From NCBI GenBank assembly GCA_963813815.1, contig CAWFAD010000008.1:96001-160000 (forward strand): a stretch of DNA of 64,000 bases, in the 5' to 3' direction. Position numbers and translations under genes: made by a program. Positions 29,685-39,182 of the stretch are shown here, piece by piece (within the stretch, counting starts at the first letter, position 1; every line of letters starts with the position of its first letter). The DNA comes from an uncultured bacterium (GTDB lineage Bacteria > Krumholzibacteriota > Krumholzibacteriia > Krumholzibacteriales > Krumholzibacteriaceae). The notes under the pieces were generated by a model. It was given only the letters and a program-made list of their open reading frames with translations. It ran no database searches and was not told the origin of the DNA.

Positions 29685-31175
29685 TCATCGTTCGAGACGA
29701 GTGAACCAGAGAATTCCGCCGAGATCCTGTCTCTGGAGATCTTCGTACCCCGCGTCTTCGGTCACGTTGCGGGCGTAGAGCACCTGAGCCTCGACCCGCC
29801 ACCAGTGCCACTGATACGACGCGCCGGCGGTGAAGCGATAGCGATCGGTGTTGACGGGAAGCTTGAGCCAGCGGTCGGCGAGGTAGTCGGTGACCTCGAC
29901 GCCGCCGCGGACGGAGAACACCTGATAGGCCGCGTACTCGATCCCGAGCCGGCCGACGTTCTGCGCGAACTCCTGCGTCCGGAAGCTGTTCGCGCCGTAA
30001 TCCTCCGCGGAAATCTCCCAGCTGTTGAGAACGTACTCGCCCGACACGATGAGGTGCAGCGGCTCGTACGCGTAGCTCGCCCCCGCCCCGACCGAGCGCA
30101 GCCGCATCGGGTTGTTGTAGAGAAGCACGTCGTCGTAGCGGGGACGCATCGCCCAGCCGGTCTGATCGAGCGACCGCGCGCTGAGCCCCAGCACGAACGG
30201 CAGGCCGCGCGGCGTGTACCGGGCGAGGATCCGGGCGTCGACCGCCTCGTCCTCCCAGTAGCCGACTTCCTCGGGGTTCGACACGTTGTACCGGATCGAG
30301 TTGTCCGCGAAACGGTACGAGAGCTCGGCGCCCACCGTCACGGGGCCCCCCGAGACGAAGTTCTGCGCGACGAGCTCCGCGCCGCGCGATATCTCCCGGA
30401 GGCTGTAGGACGAGAACGAGCGGATCTCGTAGATCTCGTCTCCCGAATACCGGTAGATGATGTTGTCGAACCCTTCGTCCGTCTTCTCGAAGTTCGTGCG
30501 GTTCTGGAGCCGGAGCGGCCGCACGACGAAGCCGAGGCTCCACGATCGCCGCGGCGAGAAGAGGAGCCCGAAGTTGCCTCTCACGTAGTTGTGCACGATC
30601 TCGGGCCTCGTGTAGAAATCCTTGAGCCCCGTCGAGATTTCGTAGTCGAAGCCGAGGCCGACCGCGACCTTATCGGAGAGCCGGAGCGAGTAATCGGCCC
30701 CCATGACGGGGCCCCAGTGCGTGATGTCCCCCGTCGTGAGATCGGTGAGATAGAACGGATCGTTGTACTGATCGATCTCGAGGGAGCGCTCCTGCTCGTG
30801 CTGCAGGATACGCTCGTAGCGGAAAGATCCCGACGCGGCGTGGCGGTCGCCGAGGCGCTTCCGGCCCGCGAAGGCGGCGTACCCGTCGCTCAGGGTGCGC
30901 GGGTCGTACGGCCGCTTGAGATCCCCCTGCGATTCGGCGTACTCCACGGCGAGGCGGATCCACGAATCCTCGAAATCGTACACGAGGTAGGCGGGGTTCC
31001 GCCCGAAATCGTAGGGGTTGAGCTGGTTGTCGCGGTCGACGAGCGCTATCGAGCAGTTGCCCATCGTCGAGACCCTGATTCCGCCGGCCGACGCCGCCGC
31101 CGCGGCGAGAGCGATCGCGCCGAGCGCGAGCGCCGCCGCGCGGACTGTCGTTCGCATGACTGACGTCCCGTTCAT
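29685..31175 (-). CDS. Outer-membrane beta-barrel protein (DUF6850-like)
   Basis: Signal peptide, N-terminal NPA motif, alternating aromatic strands, YTRPE. Lies in the TBDR/DUF4876 operon. Confidence 0.65.
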   Translation of the reverse strand: MNGTSVMRTTVRAAALALGAIALAAAAASAGGIRVSTMGNCSIALVDRDNQLNPYDFGRNPAYLVYDFEDSWIRLAVEYAESQGDLKRPYDPRTLSDGYAAFAGRKRLGDRHAASGSFRYERILQHEQERSLEIDQYNDPFYLTDLTTGDITHWGPVMGADYSLRLSDKVAVGLGFDYEISTGLKDFYTRPEIVHNYVRGNFGLLFSPRRSWSLGFVVRPLRLQNRTNFEKTDEGFDNIIYRYSGDEIYEIRSFSSYSLREISRGAELVAQNFVSGGPVTVGAELSYRFADNSIRYNVSNPEEVGYWEDEAVDARILARYTPRGLPFVLGLSARSLDQTGWAMRPRYDDVLLYNNPMRLRSVGAGASYAYEPLHLIVSGEYVLNSWEISAEDYGANSFRTQEFAQNVGRLGIEYAAYQVFSVRGGVEVTDYLADRWLKLPVNTDRYRFTAGASYQWHWWRVEAQVLYARNVTEDAGYEDLQRQDLGGILWFTRLER

Positions 31176-31190
31176 CGAACTCCTCTTCCT

Positions 31191-32318
31191 CTACCGTGCG
31201 TGACTGTACCCGGGCGTCGGTCTCGTCGGCTCGAAGTCGAACGCGCTGTTGTCGGAATCGAGCCCGGGGGTTTTTCGTTCCATCGATATACCGCTGTATT
31301 TCACGATCCCGTTGCCGCCGAGGGCGCCGTCGAGACGTTTCGTAATGTACCGCGGAGAGTCGGGATTGGCGGAGTACTCGACGGCGTCGAGGATCGTGTA
31401 GAGCGGCACCTCGACGTACTGGGAGCAGACGAGGCCGCCCGAGGTCGAGGTGTAGCAGTGCTCCGCGTGCCGGTACTCTTCGCCCGTCGCGAGCCAGAGC
31501 GCGCAATGCCCGATGTTGTAGCTGAAATCGCTCCCCAGCATCGAGATCGGCGTGAGATCGGGAACGGCGCGGTTATCGTAGTCGTTCGCGAGCGCGTTGA
31601 AGAACTCCCAGTCGGCCCCCAAGAGGTTGATGCACAGCGAGCCGTAGAGGTTGTGGTTCACCGCGTCGGAAGCGATCACGAGGTAATCGTACGGCGCGAT
31701 CGGGCACTCGCGCGTCACGCCTCTCACGCCGGGGAACCGGTAGACGTAGTAGCCGAGCGCGAAATCGACCGTTTCCCAATCCATAATATAGTCGACCTGC
31801 GTGCTCCGGCACACGATGTGTCCGTCGAGGTAGATCGTGTCGGCGGTCGAGTTGTAGAGCTCGACGAACTGGTCGTAGTAGTAAAAGATGGAGCCGTTGC
31901 AGCCGCAGAAGTAGACCTCGTTCAGGACGACCGGGGAAAGCTTCACGAACGAGAGGAGCAGGCTGTCCCTGAGCTCGGCCTCGTACCGGATGTTCATCTG
32001 CTTTTGCCCGACGAGGAGGCCGTACTGCACGTCGGCGCGCTTCGTCGCCCGCACGTAGTAGTTGCCGGCGGCGAGGTCCTCGATCGCGACTCGGCCCGAG
32101 TCGTCCGTCGTGAACGTCCGCTGGTACACCTGGCTCGAGCTCGACACCTCGACCGAGGCGCCGGGGACCGGCGCCCGCGCCACGCCCGAGGAGCCGCTCG
32201 TGTCGATCGCCTCGAGGATGAGAACGATGCTGCCGTCGGGATCGCCCGGCCGGTCGAGCCCGCAGGAGCCGGCGAGGGCCGCGAGCGCGCAGATCGCCGC
32301 GATGACCGCCCGTTTCAT
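31191..32318 (-). CDS. DUF4876-like lipoprotein (paralogue 2)
   Basis: Lipobox LAGSC. LNEVYFCG...YYDQFVELYN, DAVNH, DAVEY, DSDNSAFDF. Confidence 0.75.
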   Translation of the reverse strand: MKRAVIAAICALAALAGSCGLDRPGDPDGSIVLILEAIDTSGSSGVARAPVPGASVEVSSSSQVYQRTFTTDDSGRVAIEDLAAGNYYVRATKRADVQYGLLVGQKQMNIRYEAELRDSLLLSFVKLSPVVLNEVYFCGCNGSIFYYYDQFVELYNSTADTIYLDGHIVCRSTQVDYIMDWETVDFALGYYVYRFPGVRGVTRECPIAPYDYLVIASDAVNHNLYGSLCINLLGADWEFFNALANDYDNRAVPDLTPISMLGSDFSYNIGHCALWLATGEEYRHAEHCYTSTSGGLVCSQYVEVPLYTILDAVEYSANPDSPRYITKRLDGALGGNGIVKYSGISMERKTPGLDSDNSAFDFEPTRPTPGYSHAR

Positions 32319-33448
32319 TGGAACCACCTCGCGAGCGACGTCGTCGCGTGAAAGTACCCCGGCGTCGCCGGGTAGATATTGACGAAATCGAACGTCGAGT
32401 TGTTCGTGTCGAGACCCGGCTCGCGCCGCTCGACGGATATGGCGCTGTACCGGGTGACGCCCACTCCGGCGAACCCCGCGTCGACGCGCACGGTGAGCTC
32501 CTTCGCCTTCGTCGGGTCGGCGCTGTACTCGACCCCGTCGATCACCGTGTAGATCGGAATGTGCATGTAGTCGTTTTCGTCGATCGTGTACTCCTCGCCC
32601 GTCGCGATCACGACCGCGTTGTGCGCGAGATTGATGAGGTAATCGGTCGTCCGCCCCGGGATGATGTTCACGAAGTTCGCCGCCGTGCGCACGTCGTAGT
32701 CGTTCCCGAACGGGTTGAAGCACTCGTATTCGGCGCTCGAGAGATCGGGCGAGTTGACGCAGTAGAGGCTGTGGTTCACCGCGTCGGCCGCGACGACGAC
32801 GTAGCGCCCGGGCCCGATCGGCCACTGCGTTCCCGTTCCCTGAAGCTGGAAGGCGTAGAGCGCCGTCACGTAGTCCTTGGTCTCCATGTCCGGGTCGATC
32901 GTTCCGAGCTGGCGGGTGAGGATGATGTTGTCGAGATAGAGGGTGTCGTCAGAGGCGTTGTAGAGCTCCACGAACTGGTCGTAGAAGTAGTACGTGCTCG
33001 CGCAGGAGCCCGCGTAGAGGATCTCGTTGATCATGAGGTTGCTCACCGTGACGGTCCCGACGAGAATCGTGTCGGCGATCGTCGCGTCCCCCACGGGCCG
33101 AAGCTCGCCGAAGCCCGTAAAGACGACCCGGTTCGGTCCCACCTCCACCTCGCGCCGCACGAAGACCGAATAAGCGCCGGAGGCGACGGACTCGAACACC
33201 GCCACGCCGCTCTCGCCGGTCGTCACGGTCTCCGTGAACAGGTGCGTGCGGGACTGAATGCTCACCTCGGCGCTGTCCACGAAGAACGGCTCGCCGAGCA
33301 CGCTGCCGGAAAAGAATCCCGACGTGTCCGCCACCGCGACGGCGATCGTCGCGGAGCCTTCCGGATACTCGGGAAGATCCTTGCCGCAACCGCCGGCGAG
33401 GGCGGCGGCGAGGATGAGCGCCGCCGCGGAGATTCGATTCGAGATCAT
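32315..33448 (-). CDS. DUF4876-like lipoprotein (paralogue 1)
   Basis: Lipobox LAGGC. INEILYAG...FYDQFVELYN, DAVNH, DGVEY, DTNNSTFDF. Confidence 0.75.
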   Translation of the reverse strand: MISNRISAAALILAAALAGGCGKDLPEYPEGSATIAVAVADTSGFFSGSVLGEPFFVDSAEVSIQSRTHLFTETVTTGESGVAVFESVASGAYSVFVRREVEVGPNRVVFTGFGELRPVGDATIADTILVGTVTVSNLMINEILYAGSCASTYYFYDQFVELYNASDDTLYLDNIILTRQLGTIDPDMETKDYVTALYAFQLQGTGTQWPIGPGRYVVVAADAVNHSLYCVNSPDLSSAEYECFNPFGNDYDVRTAANFVNIIPGRTTDYLINLAHNAVVIATGEEYTIDENDYMHIPIYTVIDGVEYSADPTKAKELTVRVDAGFAGVGVTRYSAISVERREPGLDTNNSTFDFVNIYPATPGYFHATTSLARWFQ

Positions 33449-36258
33449 TCCTCCGCCTCCGCGCTCGGACGCCGCCAGAGATCGTCGAGGATCATGCTGA
33501 ACTCGATGCCGTAGAAGATGGACGGATTGCGCACCTGATAGTAGCCGTAGCAGTCCTCGTACACCGCTTGGTCGTCGAACACGTTGTGGACGAAGAACGA
33601 GAGCTCCGCCCCGCGCCCGACCGATTTCGACACGTTGATGTTGAAGAGGTAGCGGTCGTTCGGACGCTTCGTGACCTGGAGATCGCACGTCGGATTGTCG
33701 TACGTCCGCGTGAGCCCGAGCGCGTCCGATTCGGCCGGCGTGATGCTGACGGTGCGTCCGTCGACGGGATCGTAGTACATCGGCGAATAGACGATGGGAT
33801 CGAGGTAGTTGACGTCGGAATCCCACAGCGTCTGCTGGACGAAGAAGGTGACCCACATGCCGAGCTTCTTGATGAGCCAGTCGGCGCTGTAGTCGACGAT
33901 CATCTTCTTGCCCCACCCCTCCGTGTAGTAATAGTAAGGGTAGACGGTGCGCCCGAGCGTCTGGTTGTATTTCGGCGTCGACATGTTGATTCCCTCGGCG
34001 CCCGATTGCGATTTGACGTAAGACGAGGCGATGCGGAAGGTGGTCGAGAGCTTCTCGATGCGCTTCGTCACGATCGTGAACTCGATGCCCTGCTTGCGAT
34101 ACTTCCCCGCCGGGCGGAAGAAGGCCGTTTTCGGCGTCTGCTGATAGAAGGTGTCGGCGACGCTCCGGCTCTCCTCGTTCGGCCAATCCGTCCAATCGTA
34201 GCGGTAGAGGGTGACGGGCATCTCCTCTTCCCTCGCGATGCCGTCCGCCCGCGAGAACCACCCGGTGAGGATGAACGCGACGGGGCCGATTTTTTGATCG
34301 AACGAGAGCTCCCCCTTCTCCTCTTGATACCCGAGGAGGCCGCTCGTGTCGAGGTTCCACACGTAGGTCGAGATGAGGGAGGTCGTGTCCTCCGGCGTCG
34401 AGTTCTGCTCGACGATGTCGATGTACTGCGGCCCGATGAATATGTCCCGGGCGGAGGGCATCTTCGAGCTCTTCCCCCAGCTGAGACGCAGCTGCGTGCC
34501 GTCGAGCGGCTCGTACTTGAGGCGGATGCGGGGGTTGAGGAACGTGCCGTTCCGCGACTCGACGACGCCCTTCTCGTTGAAGATTCCGTCGAGGTGGAGC
34601 TTCTCCGGCGTGTACATCTCGTAGCGCATGCCGAGCGTCACGTTGTACGGCCGCATGAGGAGAAAGCCGTTGATGTTGTCCTCGAAGTAGAGGTTCGCGC
34701 TCTGGAGCGAGGGAACGGCGTCGAAGGGGAGCGGGCGCTGGCCGAGGTTGCCGCTCGGCGGCTCGAGCGGGTTGAAGATCTTGCCCTCGCCTCTGTTGTC
34801 GTCGAAGCTGTACTCGCCGCCCGCGAGCAGCGCGTGGTTGAGGCGGAACGCGTTCACGTCGGCGCGCAGGTTGAGCTTTGCGTTGAGGCTCCACTCCTCG
34901 CCCCGGGTCCAAATCTTCGACAGGTACGCGCCGGCGTCGAACACGCCCTCGTACGTGCCCGGCTCGGTCGCGTCGGTGAGCACGCGCACGTCCGATCCCA
35001 CGAGGCTCTGGCTGAAGGCGTCGCGCTTCGTGTAGTTGACGTTCGCCGTCCACTCGACCTTCGTGTCCTTCGTCGGCTTGAAATCGACCGAATGGCCGTA
35101 AATGATGGTCTTGTCCTTGTTCGATTGGATGCGGGCGAGCGGATCGCGCCCCGTGAGGTCGTACTCGTCGGCGACGCCCGTGTACATGAACTTGTTGAGG
35201 ATGTTGAGCCGGTCCTCGAAGAGCTTGTTGCTGAAGTTGAGCTGGCCGCCGTACCGCGCGTACTCGTCTCCGTCGAGGCGGACGTCGCGGATGCTCCACG
35301 CGTAGTTGAGGTTGTAGGACACCCCCGTGTTGAAAGCGACTTTCCCCCCGCTCAGGTTGGCTTCCTTCGTATCCGGGTTCGTCTTGAGCTTGAGCCGCGT
35401 CGGCTGCGCGCCGATCTTCGTCCTGACCTTGACGAGCCCCGTCGTGAGATCGCCGTACTCGACCGAGGGCACCCCCGTGACGACCTCGACCCCCTGTATG
35501 TTGTCGGCGGGAATCGTTCGAAGATCGATCCCGCTCCCCGAGTAGCTACTGACAGTGGCCACGGCCGTGCCCGTGCCCGTCTGGAGGTTCGCGTTGTTCG
35601 AAATCGGGATGTCGTCGATGATGATCTTCGTGCCGAAGCGGGCGGCGGACTGCTCGTCGGTCGAGAGCTGCCCCGTGCCGCGCAGATCGAGCTGGTTCAT
35701 CTTCGAGAGGCCCGGGGCCTTCGTGCGTTCGACCCCCGGCACCATGTCCATGATGTCTCCGAGGCTCGTCGAGAGGTAGTGCTCGATTTCGGCGCTCGAT
35801 ATCTCGTGCGTCGTCTCGATCTTATCAGGGAGGATGTCGCGCTTGTCGAGAACGGTGATGCCGCCGATCGAGAAGAAGAACTGCTGGCGCGGATCCCCCG
35901 AGACGAGCTCGCACTTGTAGGTCGTGATCTTGCCGCCCTCGATCGAGACGTCCTGATAGCAGGTGGCGTAGTACTCGTCCTTGAGAATCGAGATGCCGTA
36001 TTTACCCTCGGGAAGCTCGATCTGGAAAACGCCGTTCTTGTCGGCGAGCACGCTCCGCGTCGTCCCCTGAATCGCGATGAGGGCGTTCGGCACGACCTTC
36101 CCCGTCGTGAAATCGAACACCTTGCCCTTGAGAACGCCGGTGCCGGCCGCCGCGGCGTCGCCCGGCGCCGACAGAGAAATGAAAACGGCGAAGAGACACG
36201 CCGCGACTACAGCGCCGATAGCCGGGCAAATCTCCCCCCACCGGATACTCGAGCTCAC
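33445..36258 (-). CDS. TonB-dependent receptor with N-terminal carboxypeptidase-regulatory-like domain
   Basis: Plug (GIDLRTIPADNI..VEVVTGVPSVEYGDLTTG), barrel strands, C-terminal FYGIEF. AGGAGG RBS before GTG at 36258. Confidence 0.9.
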   Translation of the reverse strand: MSSSIRWGEICPAIGAVVAACLFAVFISLSAPGDAAAAGTGVLKGKVFDFTTGKVVPNALIAIQGTTRSVLADKNGVFQIELPEGKYGISILKDEYYATCYQDVSIEGGKITTYKCELVSGDPRQQFFFSIGGITVLDKRDILPDKIETTHEISSAEIEHYLSTSLGDIMDMVPGVERTKAPGLSKMNQLDLRGTGQLSTDEQSAARFGTKIIIDDIPISNNANLQTGTGTAVATVSSYSGSGIDLRTIPADNIQGVEVVTGVPSVEYGDLTTGLVKVRTKIGAQPTRLKLKTNPDTKEANLSGGKVAFNTGVSYNLNYAWSIRDVRLDGDEYARYGGQLNFSNKLFEDRLNILNKFMYTGVADEYDLTGRDPLARIQSNKDKTIIYGHSVDFKPTKDTKVEWTANVNYTKRDAFSQSLVGSDVRVLTDATEPGTYEGVFDAGAYLSKIWTRGEEWSLNAKLNLRADVNAFRLNHALLAGGEYSFDDNRGEGKIFNPLEPPSGNLGQRPLPFDAVPSLQSANLYFEDNINGFLLMRPYNVTLGMRYEMYTPEKLHLDGIFNEKGVVESRNGTFLNPRIRLKYEPLDGTQLRLSWGKSSKMPSARDIFIGPQYIDIVEQNSTPEDTTSLISTYVWNLDTSGLLGYQEEKGELSFDQKIGPVAFILTGWFSRADGIAREEEMPVTLYRYDWTDWPNEESRSVADTFYQQTPKTAFFRPAGKYRKQGIEFTIVTKRIEKLSTTFRIASSYVKSQSGAEGINMSTPKYNQTLGRTVYPYYYYTEGWGKKMIVDYSADWLIKKLGMWVTFFVQQTLWDSDVNYLDPIVYSPMYYDPVDGRTVSITPAESDALGLTRTYDNPTCDLQVTKRPNDRYLFNINVSKSVGRGAELSFFVHNVFDDQAVYEDCYGYYQVRNPSIFYGIEFSMILDDLWRRPSAEAEE

Positions 36259-36318
36259 AGACCCTCCTATCCGCTGTGTAAACTTCCGACGACACCTAGT
36301 CGTAATTATTTTTGACCA

Positions 36319-36352
36319 AGAGAATTCTCTCACATTGAGACCTCCCAGTCAA
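36319..36352 (-). promoter_or_regulatory. Candidate promoter of the TBDR operon with an overlapping palindrome
   Basis: Minus strand TTGACT-N17-GAGAAT with TG extension. Perfect palindrome AGAGAATTCTCT at 36319-36330. Confidence 0.5.
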
Positions 36353-36601
36353 TAGGCTATATCCTTTATATTTAGAAGGTTGTACACCACTGGGGCCGGC
36401 TGGTTCCGCCCTATTCTCAAACCGGGGCGTCGAGCGCATTCCTTCCTGAGTCGGAACGATTCCGACCGCGGACTCGAACCTCGCGCTATACGAAAACGGG
36501 TGGCGCTGGTAACATGCGCGCCGTGGCCAGCCGGCGCGCGCCACGCGCGTCCCGGGCGGGCGCGATCGAATGACGTGAAAACGAACGCAAGGAGGTCCCG
36601 A

Positions 36602-39103
36602 ATGAAGGGGAATCGGCTGTTTGTCATGGGCGTCGCGGCGATCCTCGCCCTCCCCGCCTTCGCCGCGGCTGCGGCCGCCCAAACGACGGATGTTTCGGCG
36701 CCCGTCTCGCCGCTTCTGCGAAGCGAGCTCGAGGCGACCCGCTTCGTCGCGGACGCGGACGACGCGTCGGCGGTATACGTCAATCCCGCCGGGCTCGCCT
36801 GGAAACATTTCGCCACGTCGCTCCTGCAGGGCACGTACGAGTTCGACCGCGTCGCGGAGATCGACGCGGCGGCCGGGGCGCGCGGGCTCGGCCTCGGCTA
36901 CACGCGCATCGACGGCGCCGCGTACGCGTCGAACACGTATCTCGCCGGCGTCGCGGCGAAGCTCTCGCCCGCGGCGAGCCTCGGCGCGTCGTTCAAATGG
37001 CACCACACGGATTTTCCGTTCGAGAACCGCAGCCCCTTCGCGATCGATCTCGGCCTCATGATCCGTCCGGGGCGCTCGCTCTCGATCGCCGGTGTCTGGA
37101 AAAACGTGAACGAGCCGCGCTTTTCCTCGGGCGAGGCCGTCGATCCCTTTCTGGGGGCCGCGAAGGCGCTCGAGCGAACGTTCATCGGCGGTCTGTCGCT
37201 GCGTCCGCTGCGCGAGCGGCTCACGCTCTCAGCGCAGGCCGAGGTGTGGGACGGGAGGAGGCCCGGCTGGCTCTTCGGCGGACGGATGCGCGCGCTCCCG
37301 GGAGTGGAGATCTTCGGCTCGTATCGCAACGATCTCGCCTGCCGGAGCTGCGGCTCCTACGAGGAATACGCGGCGGGGATCGCCGTGAGCTTCGGCTCGT
37401 CGAGGGTCCGCGCTCAGGGACGCACCGCCGCCGGCGGGGATCTCGATCACGGGCGCTACACCCTCGGCTACGAGACCGCCCGCGCTCACGTCGAGGAATC
37501 GATCGCTCGTCCCGCGCGCTACGCCGAGATCGAGATCGACGGAAACTACCTCGACGAGGGAGGCGGGTTCTCCCTCATGGGCGGATCGAAGGACCTCCAC
37601 GCCCTGCTGCGCGAGCTCGAAAGCGCGCGCGCCGACGAGGACGTGAAGGGGCTGCTCCTGCGGATAGGCCGCATCGACCCCGCCTTCATCGGGCCCGTGA
37701 CCGGCAACCTCTGGGAGCTCCGCCGCGCGGTCGGGGCCGTCCGGGAAGCGGGCAAGCCCGTCGTGGCCTATCTCGTCGAGGGAGGCTCCTCGCCGGAGCT
37801 CTATCTCGCCTCGGCCGCCGACCGGATCGTCGCTCCCCGCACGAGCACGGTCGGGCTCATCGGCGTCTCGCTCGAGCTCATCCGGATGAAGCGCATGTTC
37901 GGCAAGCTCGGCGTCGACTTCGACCATTACACGGCGGGCGATTACAAATCGACCTTTCACACGATCTATACCGACACGACGACCGCCGCGCAGGCGGAGG
38001 AGCTCCGCTCGCTCGTCGACGAGAGCTACCGGCTCCTCGTCGAAACGATCGCCGAGGGCCGGAATATACCGCTGGAGCGCATGACGGAGCTCGCCGACGG
38101 CCGCGTGTATAGGCCGGAGGAGCTCGTCGCGGAGCGGCTCCTCGACGCCGTCGGCTGGGAGCGGGACGCGAAGACCGAGCTCGGGCGTCTCGTCTCGGCG
38201 AGACGGCCCGAGAGGCTCGAAACCTCCCGCATCGGACGGAGGGTGTACTGGACCGAGCGGTGGCGCGGCGCGCCGGCCGTGGCGATCGTCGGCGCGTACG
38301 GCGGCATCGAATCGGGAAAGAGCGGGCGGGGCCTCCGCAGCGGGTCGCGCACCATGGGCTCGGCGACGGTCGTCAAGCAGCTCGAGGCGGCCTCGAGGCA
38401 TCCGGGCGTGCGGGCGATCGTGCTTCGCGTCGACAGCGGAGGCGGCTCCGCGCTCGCGAGCGACGAGATCCTCGAGGAGATCCGCAGGATCCAGAAAGAG
38501 GAGAAGCTGCCCGTCGTCGTGTCGATGGGCAATGTCGCGGGCTCGGGCGGCTACTGGATCTCGATGTACGGCGATCGCGTCTTCGCCGATCCGTTCACCA
38601 TCACGGGGAGCATCGGCGTCGTGTGGTTCAAACCCGTGCTCGAGCGCCTGTACGAAAAGATCGGCGTCACGAACGAGACCTTCAAGCGCGGAGAGCACGT
38701 CGACGCCTCCTCGCCGAGCCGTCCGATGACGGGCGAGGAACGCGATATGCTCGACGCGCATATCGAGGGCCTGTACGATCTCTTCGTCGAGGGGGTCGCC
38801 GCGGGGCGCGGGCTCGCGCCCGAGCGCGTGCGCGAGATCGGCGGAGGGCGCGTCTACTTCGGCACGCAGGCGCTCGAGCTGCGGCTCGTCGACGAGCTCG
38901 GCGGATTGACGGACGCGGTCGCCGAGGCGGCGAGGCGCGCCGGCATCGAGAGCGATTACCGCACCGTGTACTTCAAGGCGTTTCCGGGGTTCTTCGGGAA
39001 CCTCGATCTCGACCCGAGCCCCGTCGGCGTGGCGCGCGCCATCATGAGACTGCTGCGGGAGAGGGGCGAAACGGCGTTCGACGAGACGCTGACCATGTTC
39101 TAG
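36602..39103 (+). CDS. sppA: Signal peptide peptidase SppA (S49, two domains) with an N-terminal beta-barrel-like extension
   Basis: YLASAAD, AGDYKS, LRVDSGGGSALAS, SMGNVAGSGGYWI, TITGSIGV, GGRVYFG. AGGAGG RBS. Confidence 0.88.
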   Translation: MKGNRLFVMGVAAILALPAFAAAAAAQTTDVSAPVSPLLRSELEATRFVADADDASAVYVNPAGLAWKHFATSLLQGTYEFDRVAEIDAAAGARGLGLGYTRIDGAAYASNTYLAGVAAKLSPAASLGASFKWHHTDFPFENRSPFAIDLGLMIRPGRSLSIAGVWKNVNEPRFSSGEAVDPFLGAAKALERTFIGGLSLRPLRERLTLSAQAEVWDGRRPGWLFGGRMRALPGVEIFGSYRNDLACRSCGSYEEYAAGIAVSFGSSRVRAQGRTAAGGDLDHGRYTLGYETARAHVEESIARPARYAEIEIDGNYLDEGGGFSLMGGSKDLHALLRELESARADEDVKGLLLRIGRIDPAFIGPVTGNLWELRRAVGAVREAGKPVVAYLVEGGSSPELYLASAADRIVAPRTSTVGLIGVSLELIRMKRMFGKLGVDFDHYTAGDYKSTFHTIYTDTTTAAQAEELRSLVDESYRLLVETIAEGRNIPLERMTELADGRVYRPEELVAERLLDAVGWERDAKTELGRLVSARRPERLETSRIGRRVYWTERWRGAPAVAIVGAYGGIESGKSGRGLRSGSRTMGSATVVKQLEAASRHPGVRAIVLRVDSGGGSALASDEILEEIRRIQKEEKLPVVVSMGNVAGSGGYWISMYGDRVFADPFTITGSIGVVWFKPVLERLYEKIGVTNETFKRGEHVDASSPSRPMTGEERDMLDAHIEGLYDLFVEGVAAGRGLAPERVREIGGGRVYFGTQALELRLVDELGGLTDAVAEAARRAGIESDYRTVYFKAFPGFFGNLDLDPSPVGVARAIMRLLRERGETAFDETLTMF

Positions 39104-39130
39104 CCAGCGCTTCCCGGGCCGGAAACGAAG

Positions 39131-39161
39131 GCGGGAGCCCCCGGGGCTCCCGCTTCATTTT
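39131..39161 (+). terminator. Intrinsic terminator between convergent sppA and dipeptidase genes
   Basis: GCGGGAGCCC-ccg-GGGCTCCCGC followed by TTCATTTT. Confidence 0.65.
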
Positions 39162-39182
39162 CGGGCGAGGCCTCTCGTCCGC

